Of a DNA stretch of 64,000 nucleotides, positions 36,821-49,544 are shown one piece after another. Position numbers and translations under genes: made by a program. Under the pieces are notes generated by a model. That model searched no databases and had not been told where the DNA came from. It worked only from the letters and a program-made list of their open reading frames with translations. The DNA comes from Octopus vulgaris (lineage: Eukaryota), in contig OX597819.1 in the NCBI GenBank assembly GCA_951406725.2, forward strand, positions 72,602,001-72,666,000. The letters run 5' to 3'. Position 1 is the stretch's first letter; each line of letters begins with the position of its first letter.

Positions 36821-39800
36821 GTACCAGGTTTCAAACCCCCTCGCCTTCCCACTAAAACACCAAGGAAATAAAATTGTTCTTTGAAAGGCTAACAATATGC
36901 CATGGATCTGTTTTAAGTTGCGCTTAGCAGAATTGTACAACAGCAACTATAGTACCACACTGACAGGTACAATAATAATTTTAACTTTGACACAAGGCCA
37001 GCAATTTTGAAGGGAGGGGTCCCAGTACTTGAGTGAAAGGATGAAAGTTGACCTTGGTGCCATTTGAACTTGTAAAGCCAAAAGAAATGCCACTGAACAT
37101 TTCTTCCGCTGCTCTAACGATTCTGCTAGCTTATTACAATAATTATGATAATGCAGGTACAATAATGACAACCACTATTTGTCAGCTGCCATTTTTTTAA
37201 AAATGGAAACTACATACATTTAAGGACAACAAATGCTTCATAATAAAATAGGATGACAGACAATAGCATACAAATCTGTGTCATAGATCTGCCCTATAAA
37301 AGCTGATCAGGACTCCTCAACAGCAGTAACTGACTGTTTCTGCTGTAGACTTACACAAGTCAATAAGCTGGCTGCCATCTAAGGACTTGTCATGCTACAC
37401 TGCACACAACTGGAAAATCATTGGAGCATGAATAACCATGAGATTGTGAAACAGAAAGAAATGGGGCAACATTGAAGTATTTGGTTGATTATCTCTGTTC
37501 TAAAATGTCACTGGATTAATTAGAGTGAAACTGACTGTGAGTCCCGAGTAATAATGATTAATGGTTGGTGAAAAGGAAAGTCGAGAGGGTTGAGTTGGTC
37601 AAAGAACCAAACTGATTGATTTTATTGCTGAAGAGCAAAATCAGTCATTGCTGGCATTTCTATCTTAGAATCTTGGCCACTTCCAGCCAAATTATTCTAT
37701 GTGTTTTATGTTCACACTGGCCAGATCCAGCCTCTCACAACTACTGTACAATATCATTCTAAAATTAAACAATTGTTTTCAAAATCTTGAAGCTACAAGA
37801 TTACTTCAAGACAATGTCACCATATTGGTTGGAAGGTCCATCTAGTGCAGCCCAGAAGCACTTGAACCAACCAAAACAATCTGTAGAGAATTACACAGAA
37901 CAGAAGATTCAATTCAGTTAGGTTTTTATGTGCTCTCCAACTTTGACAATGATTATGGCATATTGGAACAATTTTTTGTGGTTTATCAATAATCAAAATG
38001 ACTGGGGCTAATATATTGATAACCTGTCAATAATCTATTGTACCCCTCTAGGTACATCCCCTCACCACCATCCAACACAATTGACAACTGATACATTAAC
38101 CCTTTTCTCTCTCTCCCCATATCTTGGTTTCCCCATGATTCCATATACCTGCCCTTTTCTGTCCCCTATCCTGGTTAACATAAACTTGTTTCATAAACTA
38201 AAAGCAAATCCTCACTTATTTCATTTAAGACAGTGGATCTAAACTGGAGTCCGCACAAGCAAAATAATAGGGCCCCACAGTAATATTTTAAGAGATTTTG
38301 CTTCAGATCTATTTACAGCAAGAAACAGCCAGCTTTCTTTCTCTAATGTTTTACATAGTTTAACATGTTTCCATGGCTGAGAACATGTTCTCTCAGAGGG
38401 TGATGTAGGAAACCTACACAAGTGAATGTGTGAAAAAAAAAAGAATTTTCAAAGAAATCTCTATAAACTAGTTCTTAAATGGCTATGGGGGAAGGGAGGG
38501 GTTAACCAAAGTAAAACAATAATGAAAGGGGTCCATATGTAAAAATGGTTGAGAACCATTGAGGTATGTTTACATGATCTGACATGTCTTGTTGTCTGTA
38601 TATATTACCCATTAATTACCACAATCTGACAGAAATAATATTAAGTGTACAAAACAGGAAACATAGTGCTTGCTTTTTTTTTTTATATTTTCTTGCTTTC
38701 ATATAGAAAGTAGCAGAGCTGGTTCTTGTAGGTTGGTCGAGTGTGCAAGGACTGGCCTCCATCCTGTCCCCTATCAAATGACCCAATTAATTTAACTGTA
38801 AGTTTACAGAGTAGGAGAGATTCCCTGCTGTGAGCAGAAACACTGTAAAATTTACAAATGTTTAATTAATATACAGTGTTGAATGTAACTTCTTATGGGT
38901 CTGGAGGAAAAAGAACAAGAGAAACTGCTGCTGGACTCAGTGAAAGACAAGAGTTGTTTCAAACATCTTGATCTATCTTATCCTTGGATCCAGACCCTGG
39001 TAAAGATTACATGTTCTACCTGAGATGACAGGTGTACAGAAGACTATCTTCTGTCATCGGACACGGACATCCAACACCTGGTGTCTATGTTATTAGAGAC
39101 CACAAAGGTTTTCATGGCAATAAAATAGCAAGAGATAAGGCTATATTATAATATCTGCTATTGCTTCTTCCAAATAGACATAAGGCTAGAATATTTTCAG
39201 TTAAGATAGAGGTAAATGGCAATAGTTTGGGTCCTTTCTCTTCTGAAGACAGAAGCTGTTTGATAGAGTAAAAATGGCTCTGAACTTGAACTAGAACTCT
39301 GTGAGTGGAGTCGGCTCTCTAATAGTATTTCCTGTGCTAGACAAGGAATGTTAAAGCCTATCAACTACTCCCTAAGGTGTATTATATCTTTGACACTATC
39401 ATAGGTCCCTTTGCGAGTGGCCTCACAAATGTAATAGCCTAAGGCCTCCCTTCATCTAATCCCAACACTGAGTCTATAATAAAATACTTGAGTACCTTCA
39501 ATGTAATTAACTACATTTTGTTTATTAGTTTACACTCGCCCCTCACCCCACCTCATAACACAAAACAGCTGCTAATTGTTTTTTTGTGTGTTTATATATT
39601 CCAAAACACTTTATCCTCCCTTTTTCTCATCCTCTGTGATATAAAGTTAATTCTGGTCAAGGCACAGGTTTATTTTAAACAACACTTGCTTTCAACAATT
39701 GGAATTATTCCCATCTGGGGTGTAAATCATTAAGAGAATCGTAAGAAATTTTGAAAATTGCTAAAGAAGAAACCAGATTAATATTTATGGAAAAATGTCA

Positions 39801-41370
39801 GTCCTAGTAGGCTACACTTCACACAAGATATCTGCACCAGCAGACAACATTACATATAAACACTTCCACTCACACACACACACACACACGCAATTCAGAT
39901 TGTAGCCATAAGAAACATATATTGAATAGAATGTTCTAGTGTTTGAGAGGTAGATTAGTGAACAACGAGGAGAGAAAATATTTAATGTTTCAGGAAGAGT
40001 ACTTTATGAGAGAATGAGGGGATATAAGATAAGTCTTCTTTATAATTATATATCTTTTACAGATTACGTACTCACTGATTCCTATAAATAATATGGGAAG
40101 TGTTATATAATGACTTGTGAAAAAAATATCTTAACTTTCACAAACACACACAGCATCATTTTGGTTGTACATATGTATTTTTAATGTTTCCATGTTGACA
40201 TGTGTTGGACAGGTTTACAAGATGCTATTTTTCTTAGACACTAAAATCCTGGAATTTTGCCTGTTTTTGTTTTTTTAACAACCAAATGCTCAAGTTTTAT
40301 CAGCCATGGCAATAGAACAGGATAGTGGCTTTATTGTGATATGAGCACAAAATGTTCTCTCTCTCTCTCTCCAGACTTGAAGGTTTTTTCTCCTCTCCTT
40401 CTTATATCCTGAGCCACTCGCTCTAAGTCAGAAACTTCAAATATATCTTCATTCCCTCAATGAACTCATATTTTTAAGTGGAGACAATAACAGAATGAAT
40501 TGACATCAATCTAGTATATTCCTGGTATCTATTAGTTGATCAAACCCCGTGAAGAATGAAAGCTGAACTCAAGTCTGGTGAGATTTGAACACAAATCAGT
40601 GATACACTAAGCTGGCTAACAGAAAGTGTGAACACAATCTCCAGATTTTCTTTATTCTTCAATATAAATACTATATATATGTGTGTGTGTGTGTGTGTGT
40701 GAGCGAGTCTATTTACATACATGTGTGTGTATGCATATATATATGTATATATATAGATATATACATACACATACATACAGGTATGTACGTATGTGTGTGT
40801 GTATAAATATATATATAGATAGATCTGTTTGCTTGTGTGTGTTAGTATGATTGTGCTAATATTTTCAGTGTAAAGTGATATTAGATAAAAGCACCAATTT
40901 GAGACAAGAAAAACAGGATTTATGACTTTCTTGTGTAAAGTATGAGGTATCATTATGCTTTATATGAGGAAGAAGAGAAAATGTGGTTTGTGTGACATTC
41001 ATGCCCTTATCAAGGATACTAGTTACAAAATTTCGTATGGATTTGATTTGATGATGATGATGATGATGATACATATGAAGTTGTTTCCGGTTTGTTTTGT
41101 TGGTTTTTTTTTTTCCATTTTCTTTCTGTAAACTCTAAAAAAAAATGGATAATAAAAATGTTCAAAAAAATGAGTTAGAAAGGAACTATTTCTTGTGTTT
41201 GGTAACTTGTACCAGTTTTGGTTCTATTGTGATATATGTTCTACAGTGGGTCATCATAGCAGATGTTACCATTTACAGTTCTGAACAGATGCAGTGGAAT
41301 CTTTTGGCTACAATCTTAAACACCTGACACTATGTCTCAGGAGGTTAAAGGTTGTCTGACTTGTCTTCAT

Positions 41371-42075
41371 TGCTAAACACTAACAAAGAAACTGCATCTA
41401 AATAAAATGCAATGTGTGTTGCTAAACACCTACAATGACCCTCTTTTCACTGCTAAACATCCGCACTAAGATTGTGTCTAGATCTAAACATTGAGTCTGT
41501 GTCTAGTTCTAAGAACCCACAAGGGGTGTGTCTACATTGCTCAATAGCTACATGGTTTTGTAATGTTAAATGTTTATGGCTGGACTGTCTTCATTGATGA
41601 ACATCAATAATGAGTCTGTGTTTAGCTCTAAACACTTGTAAAGAGATTTTTCTGCAATACTAAACATCTACTGTAAGACTGTCTATAGTACTAAACATCT
41701 GAAATGCTAAACATCTCCAAGAAGAATGTGTTCATTGCTAAACATTTACAAGATTTTGTCTGCAATGCTAAACACAAAGTGAGACAGCCTATGGAGCTAA
41801 ACATGAGAATGTGATAAGTAATACCTGCAGTATGATTTTAAATGCAAAACTAAACACCTAAAATAATACTGTCTAGTGCTAAACACATAGTTCAACTGCT
41901 AAATATCTACAATGAGACTTTAGTTCTTAATATTTATAAAAAGACTTTACAATCTGATGCACATGCAAAAAGACTGTCCATGGTGCTAAACACTATGAGA
42001 TTGTTTCCAATATTAAACACCTACAATTGCATTGCTAAATGTCTAACATGGGATTTTGGCAACAGTGCTAAATAT
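41371..42075. repeat. degenerate ~31-bp minisatellite with conserved TGCTAAACA core (about 20 units)
   Basis: core or variants at 41371, 41420, 41451, 41626, 41658, 41689, 41705, 41736, 41766, 41795, 41877, 41897, 41984, 42033, 42066 and others. Confidence 0.8.
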
Positions 42076-44156
42076 GTGTTGAGGAAACTTGGCTGAAGTA
42101 CTTTTGAAGTACCTGACAAGAGATTTGGGTTGCATCTGCTGTGACACTTCAGACCAGGAGTTTAACATCTATACAGAGGCTAGATTTTTTTATAATGAAT
42201 TATAATTTGCAGTGAAACATTACATGTTTATCTATGATGGCTTTAGCAATGATATTCAATTGTTTGACATTCGTTATCTAGGATCTTGCTAGTGAAATAT
42301 CACCACCATCATCATCATCATCATTGAACAAAGCAGAGGAAGTCAGATGTGATACATAATGATGGTACATTCTTCAGGACATCTAATGATTCTTGCAATC
42401 AAACTTTATTGGAAATAACTTGTCCATCATTCTATCAGAACTGACAGAAACATTTTAATGTAAATAAATGTCTCTTAAACTCTAAGAGGCTTTCAGGAAA
42501 TTAGTTCAAGTTTCTTGGTGTTAAGCAGAGGAAAGATTAAATTTTTCACCATATAGAATACCTGACAATCTCAGGTAACAAACCCCAGATAAACTGGTGC
42601 TTATTTCCCCCATCAGCAACAAGGTAAACTACTAATATATGTAAAACTGTGTACTGCCAAAATAGATGAGTACTTGCAGTGAGGTTAACTGTTAAAATTC
42701 TGTTGAGAATTTTTGTTAAGTGAAAAGCCCAGTCCTCAACTGATTCTGTTACAGAACAGAAATGAATGACAGAGGAAGAGAACAGACTTTTCTTCTTTAC
42801 TTTAGAGTCTTAACTTCTAAAATGAATGTCAACACGGTTAGTACTTTTCTTGTGATATTGTGTGTTTTAGGACTGGCTGACAGATGCAGTCCTGTGTGGT
42901 ATTGTGTTGTACAGGAAGTTAAGAGCTGAACTCAAGATGTAAATGCTGGTAGTCCCGACACCATTATTCACTTTAGTCATTTTGCTTCTACTTAAATAAA
43001 ATTTATACCAGTGATATACTGAGGTTGAGCTGTCCCTTTATGTTATATAGTCCTTACAGAAACAAGAAGACAAAAAAGAAAGCAAAAAAAAAAAAGATTT
43101 TTACGTGACTCAAATAGAAACCACTAACCCCCATTAGTACATTCATTAAATTCATTAAATATTTTCAAAATACACCTAAACATTTAAACTATTATCTTAT
43201 TCAAATAATATGTTTGTGCATGTATGTGTATTTCTCACCTTAATTGTGCAATCACACGTATACATGCATTCATACACACTCACATCACAAGAATGTGGAC
43301 ATTATTGCAGACATATACATACATTTTGTTATCTTTTGATTCTCTTGCTTCAAATTTGACAAAATTCCTTCTGTTATATTTCATCAATAACCAGAATTAT
43401 TCTAATCACTATTGTGGAATCCTGTGAGTTACTAACTTTCAATAAAAGATCTCAAACTTTGCCAATTCACATTCTACAGAAATTTTCTTTTTTACTATTG
43501 TTATGGAATTTAAAAGCAGCAAAAAAAAATCACATATATTGCTATTTGTTTTTTTTTTTTGCATCTTTATTAGTTTTTTTTTCTTGTACTGATGAATTTT
43601 ATATTTTATTTATACTACTTTTTTATATTTTACTACTCAACTTATTCATAATTTTTGGAATTTCAAATTCCCAGCATGCCTCAAGTTGTCACCTGATTCA
43701 CTAAGGAAAAAATTAGGTATGTTTTGCTCTTTGCTTTATCAATATTCCGGTCCCTTCCACATTTCTGAAGTTTATTCTCTATTTCTATCAATGAACACAT
43801 CTAATATGATATATATATATATATTTACATATATTTATATATATATATATATATACACACTCACACACACACATATATACATACACACATATACATACAA
43901 ATATGTGTGTGCATGTTCCTTTAAAAAAACAAGTACTAGGGTCAATTTTCTCAACTAAAATTCTTCAGGGCAGTGCCCCAGCATGGCCACAGTCTAATAA
44001 CTGAATAAAGTAAAATATATATCTGCATGTATGTATATATGTATGCATGTGTGTGTGTGTGTAAACATCAATACAGCATACTTAATGTATGTTTGTAGTT
44101 GAAAAACCAGAATCTATGCTTTTCGTCAGGGAAAAAAATCCCTTTGTAGACATATT

Positions 44157-44369
44157 CTTGTCTACTCTAGGCATAAGGCGCGAAATTTTGGGGGAGGGGG
44201 CCAGTTGATTAGATCAACCCCAGCAAGCAACTGGTACTTAATTTATTGACCCCAAAAGGATGAAAGGCAAAGTCGACCTCGGCGGAATTTGAACTCAGAA
44301 CATAAAGACAGATGAAATACCGCTAAGTATTTCACTTGGCGTACTAACACTTCTGCCAGCTCACTGCCT
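44157..44369 (-). mobile_element. SINE family C, full length, with 10-bp TSD
   Basis: tagacatatt at 44147-44156 and 44370-44379; B-box ggaatttgaactc (reverse), head ttctgccagctcactgcc. Confidence 0.9.
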
Positions 44370-44395
44370 TAGACATATTGTGTGAAAAAACAGTA

Positions 44396-44509
44396 CAGTA
44401 ATCCCTCGACTATCGTGGGTGTTACATTCCAACCTGCCATATGATAGGTGAAAATCCGCAAAATAGAAACAGTTCTGTACTGTACAATTTTTTTTTTATA
44501 ATTTGTATA
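44396..44509. mobile_element. terminal fragment of Tigger/pogo-like element
   Basis: TA|CAGTAATCCCTCGACTATCG... is the reverse complement of the right end of 47919-48127. Confidence 0.7.
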
Positions 44510-44950
44510 TCTCTATATATAAAACTGAAATGCGTTTTTACCGCTTGGATCGCTTTCAATGCCACTATGTCCCGTCCAATTCGCTCCAAAATTTACAGGG
44601 ACATGTAGAATGAGGTGACAATGCCCGTGGGCTACCTTAGAAATCCCTATCTTAAAAGGTGTGGTTGCTAGGGGCCATCTTCCTCACTCACGCTATTTCC
44701 TCTATTCCCCTCTAACTCCCCTTCGTGTATAACTTTGACAAGTCCACTCCCGTTATTTAATGTAAAGTTCGTCAGATAATAGGGAGAATTATCATCGCCA
44801 CAACTTATGTATATGTCTTCCTCACTCACTCACTCTTTTTCCTAATGATAATTATCATCGCCACCACCACCAACACACAATACTCACTTTATTTCATACA
44901 TTCCCATTACTTTCACTTCCTCAAACGGCCTTCTTTTATGTATCTGTCTG
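44510..44950 (+). mobile_element. possible Helitron-like element 5' portion
   Basis: A|TCTCTATATATAAAA start typical of non-autonomous Helitrons; no clear CTRR 3' end found. Confidence 0.35.
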
Positions 44951-44957
44951 TGTGAAA

Positions 44958-45288
44958 GAGAGAGATAACTGAAATTTTTTACTCGGTTTTTGTAGTGCGT
45001 GCGTGTGTATGCATGTATGTGTATATGTATGTATGCATGTATGTGTGTGTGTATGTATCTATGTATGTGTGAGTGTGTATGTATGTATGTACCTTTGCCT
45101 GTTTATGTAACAGTCTGCTATGTAGAAAATAATGAGGTTGATTCAATGGAAATACATACATACACACACACACACACATACATAGATACATACACACACA
45201 CACATACATGCATACATACATATACACATACGTGCATACACACGTACGCACTACAAAAACCGAGTAAAAAATTTCAGTTATCTCTCTC
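44958..45288. repeat. fold-back inverted repeat (about 130-bp arms) including a mirrored microsatellite
   Basis: gagagagataactgaaattttttactcggtttttgtagtgcgt... vs ...acgcactacaaaaaccgagtaaaaaatttcagttatctctctc. Confidence 0.92.
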
Positions 45289-46770
45289 CTTGTACCCAGA
45301 GTAGAAAAAAAATTGTAGCAGTGGCTAAGGTGGCAAGGTGGCAGAAACATTAGCACACCTGGCAAAATGCTTAGCAGTATTTTGTCTGTCTTTACATTCT
45401 GAGTTCAAATTACTCCAATTTTCGCATGGTTTCTATGGTTGGGTGCCCTTGCTAATGACAACCACTTTACTGAGTGGACTAAATTCTTACATGGCACCAA
45501 CACCAGTGGGGTTTCCAAGTAACTTGTAAACCAGACCCTCTTGAGTGGGGATGTAGTATTGAGGATTTATGTCAGGAGATGAGCGGTTGAAGTACGAAGG
45601 ATAGGGATGGATGTCTTGCTGTAGAGGAGATATATGACTATCCCAGCTGGAAACAGAGAGAGGATGGTGGAGATGAAGTGTCAGGGTGTATCCACAAGAT
45701 ACAAGAAACTTAGAGAAAGAATAAGGACTGAGAATCAGGAATGGGTGGGGAGGTTTATGAGAGTGAGGAAGGAGAGTAGCAAATGGTTTGAGATGGAGAT
45801 AAATGGTGAATGGGAGGAAGGTAAAGGAAAAATAAGAGAGAGTCAAGGAGGAGGAGGAGGTGATAGGTGGCATTGCTTAAAGAAGAGGAGATAGAGAGCA
45901 ACAATATAATAAAACTATAGGCTAGAAATAAGGCAATGATGAGAAGTGTGGGAGAAGGAGAGAGATGATGCACAGGGACAGAGGTGAAGGTCAGAGACAC
46001 TCAGGGGTGGATATAGGGACAAAAAAGGTGGAGGGTTCATCAATGGAAAATATGAGAATATATTCAGGAGAAAGAAGCATTCAATGAAAAATAAAATGGT
46101 AAGGATTACTATCGAGTATGCGGGATAGATGACAAGGGAATTGGTTAGGGTTAGACTAATAATTGAAAGCATTCATCTGACATGAAGTCATTCTAGTCCT
46201 TAGGTTATATAATTTATTCAGTTATCCATCCTGGTTTTTCCTGTCTGTTTTTGTATCATCTATCTGTCTGTATGTTTTTATTGTTGTCCGTTATGTTCTT
46301 ATTGTTTTGTTTTTTTTACTTATATATTTATATAAATCTCATGATTTAATGTGTCAATGTATCTTCCTCCTCTCTCCTGAGGTAGCCATGTATCTTCTTT
46401 ACTGCATGTGTATATGTGTCCATCCGCCTGTATGTAAGTACGTACATACATATGTACATACATACATACATACATACATACATACATACATACATACATG
46501 GACCATGGATATGAAATGATTATCAATGTGTGTGTGTGTGTGTGAATATGCAAGGATGGCTGTTTTATGATGTTCACAATCCATACCCGTACAGAGAAAT
46601 CAGATGCAAAAAAAAAATGATGAAGACAAACAACAGCAGTGATGACTAGCAGTGGTGGTGGTGGTGGAGATGATGATGATATATGCATATGACTCTACAT
46701 TCTGAGTTCAGATGTAAACCAAAGTTAACTTTTACCTTTCATCTGCCTCTCCATAATCAATCAAATACGC

Positions 46771-47194
46771 GGATCTTTTCTGTTTGAACGGCAGTTTTTT
46801 CTAGCGGCGTCATATGAAATTGTCACCCATAATTATGACTCTAGTATCAATCTATTGCATTTCAATCTATTTTAGGGTTCGGGTTAGTTAGGGTTAGGGG
46901 TGGAGGGAAGGGTATATTTTTTTCTTCACAAATGTAAATAAACCCAATCTGTTTCTTAAACGAGGGACATATTCATACGGCACAGAATGTTGTTTACCTC
47001 AATGGACGTCAGTGATTGGTTGAAATTGCAGAAATTGAAGAAAAAACAACAAATATCTTACAAACTATAGAATTTTCTCAATAAAGCCAAGAGAAAATGA
47101 TGTTTTATAAACACATTCTACCAGTATACTAAGTTTAAAATTTTTTAGTTACTAGAAATTATGTTAAAAACTGCCATTTAAACCGAAAAGATCC
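46771..47194. mobile_element. MITE with ~29-bp TIRs and 8-bp TSD (hAT-like); contains telomere-like repeats
   Basis: GGATCTTTTCtGTTTgAAcGGCAGTTTTT ... AAAAACTGCCaTTtAAACcGAAAAGATCC; flanks aaatacgc / aaataagc; ttagggttcgggttagttagggttaggg at ~46872-46899. Confidence 0.8.
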
Positions 47195-47887
47195 AAATAA
47201 GCTGCTCCAGTCTGGTCTTGCTCCAATCAACTCTCTCCCCTCCCTTACACACCCATGAACTACCTACTTTCTTATGCTATAGATATGAAACATCTGAACG
47301 TTATCATCACACACCTGTAACGAAGACATGAATCGATTAACGCTCTGAACACCTCAATTATTTTCAAAAATAGGATCATTTTCAGGGCAATGCGTCAGGT
47401 TTGTTGAACCACTCAATAGAACGGTTTGGTAGCAGTAATTTAGTAATCACCAGCAGAGACTTAAATCATATTTAAGCTTTATATAAAGTTTTTAAGTTAT
47501 ACTTTAAACAAAAAGTTACAGGATGGGTTTCTTTCTCTCCCTTCATGTACACATGTATGTATAGCTGATTGTATGTGTGTGTGTATTATGTCATATGTAA
47601 ACGAACATAAATTTGTTTTTGAAGCACTGAAATGCATCTTTTTCTGCTCTGTAAGGTTTTATCCTATATATGCTGTTCTATAGGTACTTACGCATTAAAA
47701 AATATATCTTTCTACTTGTAATATATATATCAGTGATGAAGACAATATTTATCTGTATATGCCACCCTTGTTATTTAACATAACCTGGTGGTCACTGAGA
47801 AAGCTGGGCGTAGACAAATGACATAAAAGAAGTCTAAAATGCGAGATAGAAATGAAGTTGGAGAGGACATCCGCGAGTGGTTGTTTC

Positions 47888-47918
<31 letters not shown>

Positions 47919-47920
<2 letters not shown>

Positions 47921-48127
47921 GTAGTCCCTCGCCATATCATGGTTAACCTATCGCGCACTCAGTACATCGCGGATTTTTTGGGGCAAATATATGTAAATTT
48001 ATTTATATCACAAACTCCTCAGTATATCCGGCTTCCTGCGGCCGCAGGTATTTATAGCTTTTTAGATTTTAATTATTTCTGTGTGAGGTTTTGGAACGTA
48101 ACACCCGCGATAGTCGAGGGATTGCTG
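47919..48127. mobile_element. Tigger/pogo-like MITE
   Basis: CAGTAGTCCCTCG ... CGAGGGATTGCTG|TA; CpG-rich interior. Confidence 0.75.
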
Positions 48128-48294
48128 TATGTATATATAATAATAATGACAATAATCCTTGGGTTGAATTTATTAAACATTTAATGCATCGCTACGTGCG
48201 TTTCCATAAAGCTATGCATTAAATATTTATAAATTCCATGAAAATATTATTATTATTATTATTACTATATTTATCCTACATTATATCAGTACAG

Positions 48295-48628
48295 TGAAGG
48301 CACAGTGGCCCAGTGGTTAGAGCAGCGAACTCGCAGTTTTGATTCCCAGCATTGTCTGTGTTTATTGAGCGAAAACACCTAAAGGAACCCTGCTGTACTC
48401 TTTCACCACACCTTTCTCACTCTTTCTTCTTGTTTCTGTTGTATCTGTATTTCGAAGGGCCAGCCTTGTCACCACACTGTTTCACGCTGAATCTCCCCGA
48501 GAACTACGTTAAGGGTAACACGTGTCTGTGGAATACTAAGCCACTTGCAAGTTAATTTCACGAAGCAGGCTGTCCCCGTTGATCGGGTCAACTGGAACCC
48601 TCGTCGTCATAACCGACGGAATGCCCCG
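48295..48628 (+). mobile_element. SINE family D with 12-bp TSD
   Basis: atatcagtacag at 48283-48294 and 48629-48640; A-box tggcccagtgg. Confidence 0.9.
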
Positions 48629-49099
48629 ATATCAGTACAGCTCAATGCAACCCCGAAAAACTGTTTCATCGGTCAGCATCGTTGGACCCTGGCAAGCGTA
48701 ATAGAACAGGTTTATTTGCATATTCAAAACGTTTTCCCGTAAACAAATTTAAAAGGAAGATATATGTGTGTGTACATAGGTATACACACACACGCACACA
48801 TATATATATGACCTCAGGAACAAGCAATATAATATGACTAAACTTTGAAGTAGAATAATATATTAATTCTAAGTGGAAACTTTATCACAATCTAATTGCA
48901 AGGAAACAAAGAAACAGAAAAAGAAGAAAAGCAGGTGGAATTAAGCAGCAAAAGATGGAGGGGGGAGGTAATGAGCCACATGAGGCAGACTAAATGACAC
49001 CAACATGAGAGAAAACACAAAGCTCTGTCTTTGTCAAGCAACGATGGGAACGTTAGATAATAATACATAGGAGGAAGAAAGAGAGAGATGCATTTGATA

Positions 49100-49170
49100 T
49101 GACCCCCCTGCCCCCACCTCTGACCCCCGTCCAATCAGAAGATGTACTCGACCCAATATTAACCAATCAC
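49100..49170 (+). promoter_or_regulatory. possible CCAAT/GC-box promoter module
   Basis: CCAATCAG 49131, CCAAT 49153, CCAATCAC 49163, preceded by ccccctgcccccacc; not in a recognisable repeat. Confidence 0.3.
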
Positions 49171-49544
49171 TTCACAAATATAAAACAAAAGAGACGGTTT
49201 TTTTTGTCCCAGCAAAGTATTTTAGTGTATTTTGATCTGTTGACTGTTCGAGCCACAAATAACTGAAAAAAAATAAAATAAATAACCCACCATGTTGCTA
49301 AGTAACCATGTGTGTGTGTGTGTGTATGAAGTGACCACACAGCATTTCAACAACTGTTACATTATTCAAATAACTGATTCTTTTGCTTGTTCTGATTTCG
49401 TTTCTTTCTTTCCTTTTTATCAAAATAATCCACGGCTCTCTCGACACAGAATAATAAGCGGTGAAAGAGTTAACTTTTGAAAAACAAAACTAGGTTTTTA
49501 AAACCCTAAATTCTAATAAAACAAAAAAAAAATTATATGTATTT

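Noticed and set aside
43666-43682. aaattcccagcatgcct, ZNF143/SBS-like motif
   Set aside because: Single partial match in AT-rich sequence with no other promoter evidence.
45634-46172. GA-rich ORFs on both strands (also 11885-12380)
   Set aside because: Purine/pyrimidine low-complexity sequence adjoining a family A variant; no coding signal.
44396-48127. One 3.7-kb composite transposon bounded by inverted Tigger-like ends
   Set aside because: 47919-48127 already has its own left end; 44396 is more simply a separate truncated copy in opposite orientation, and no transposase lies between.
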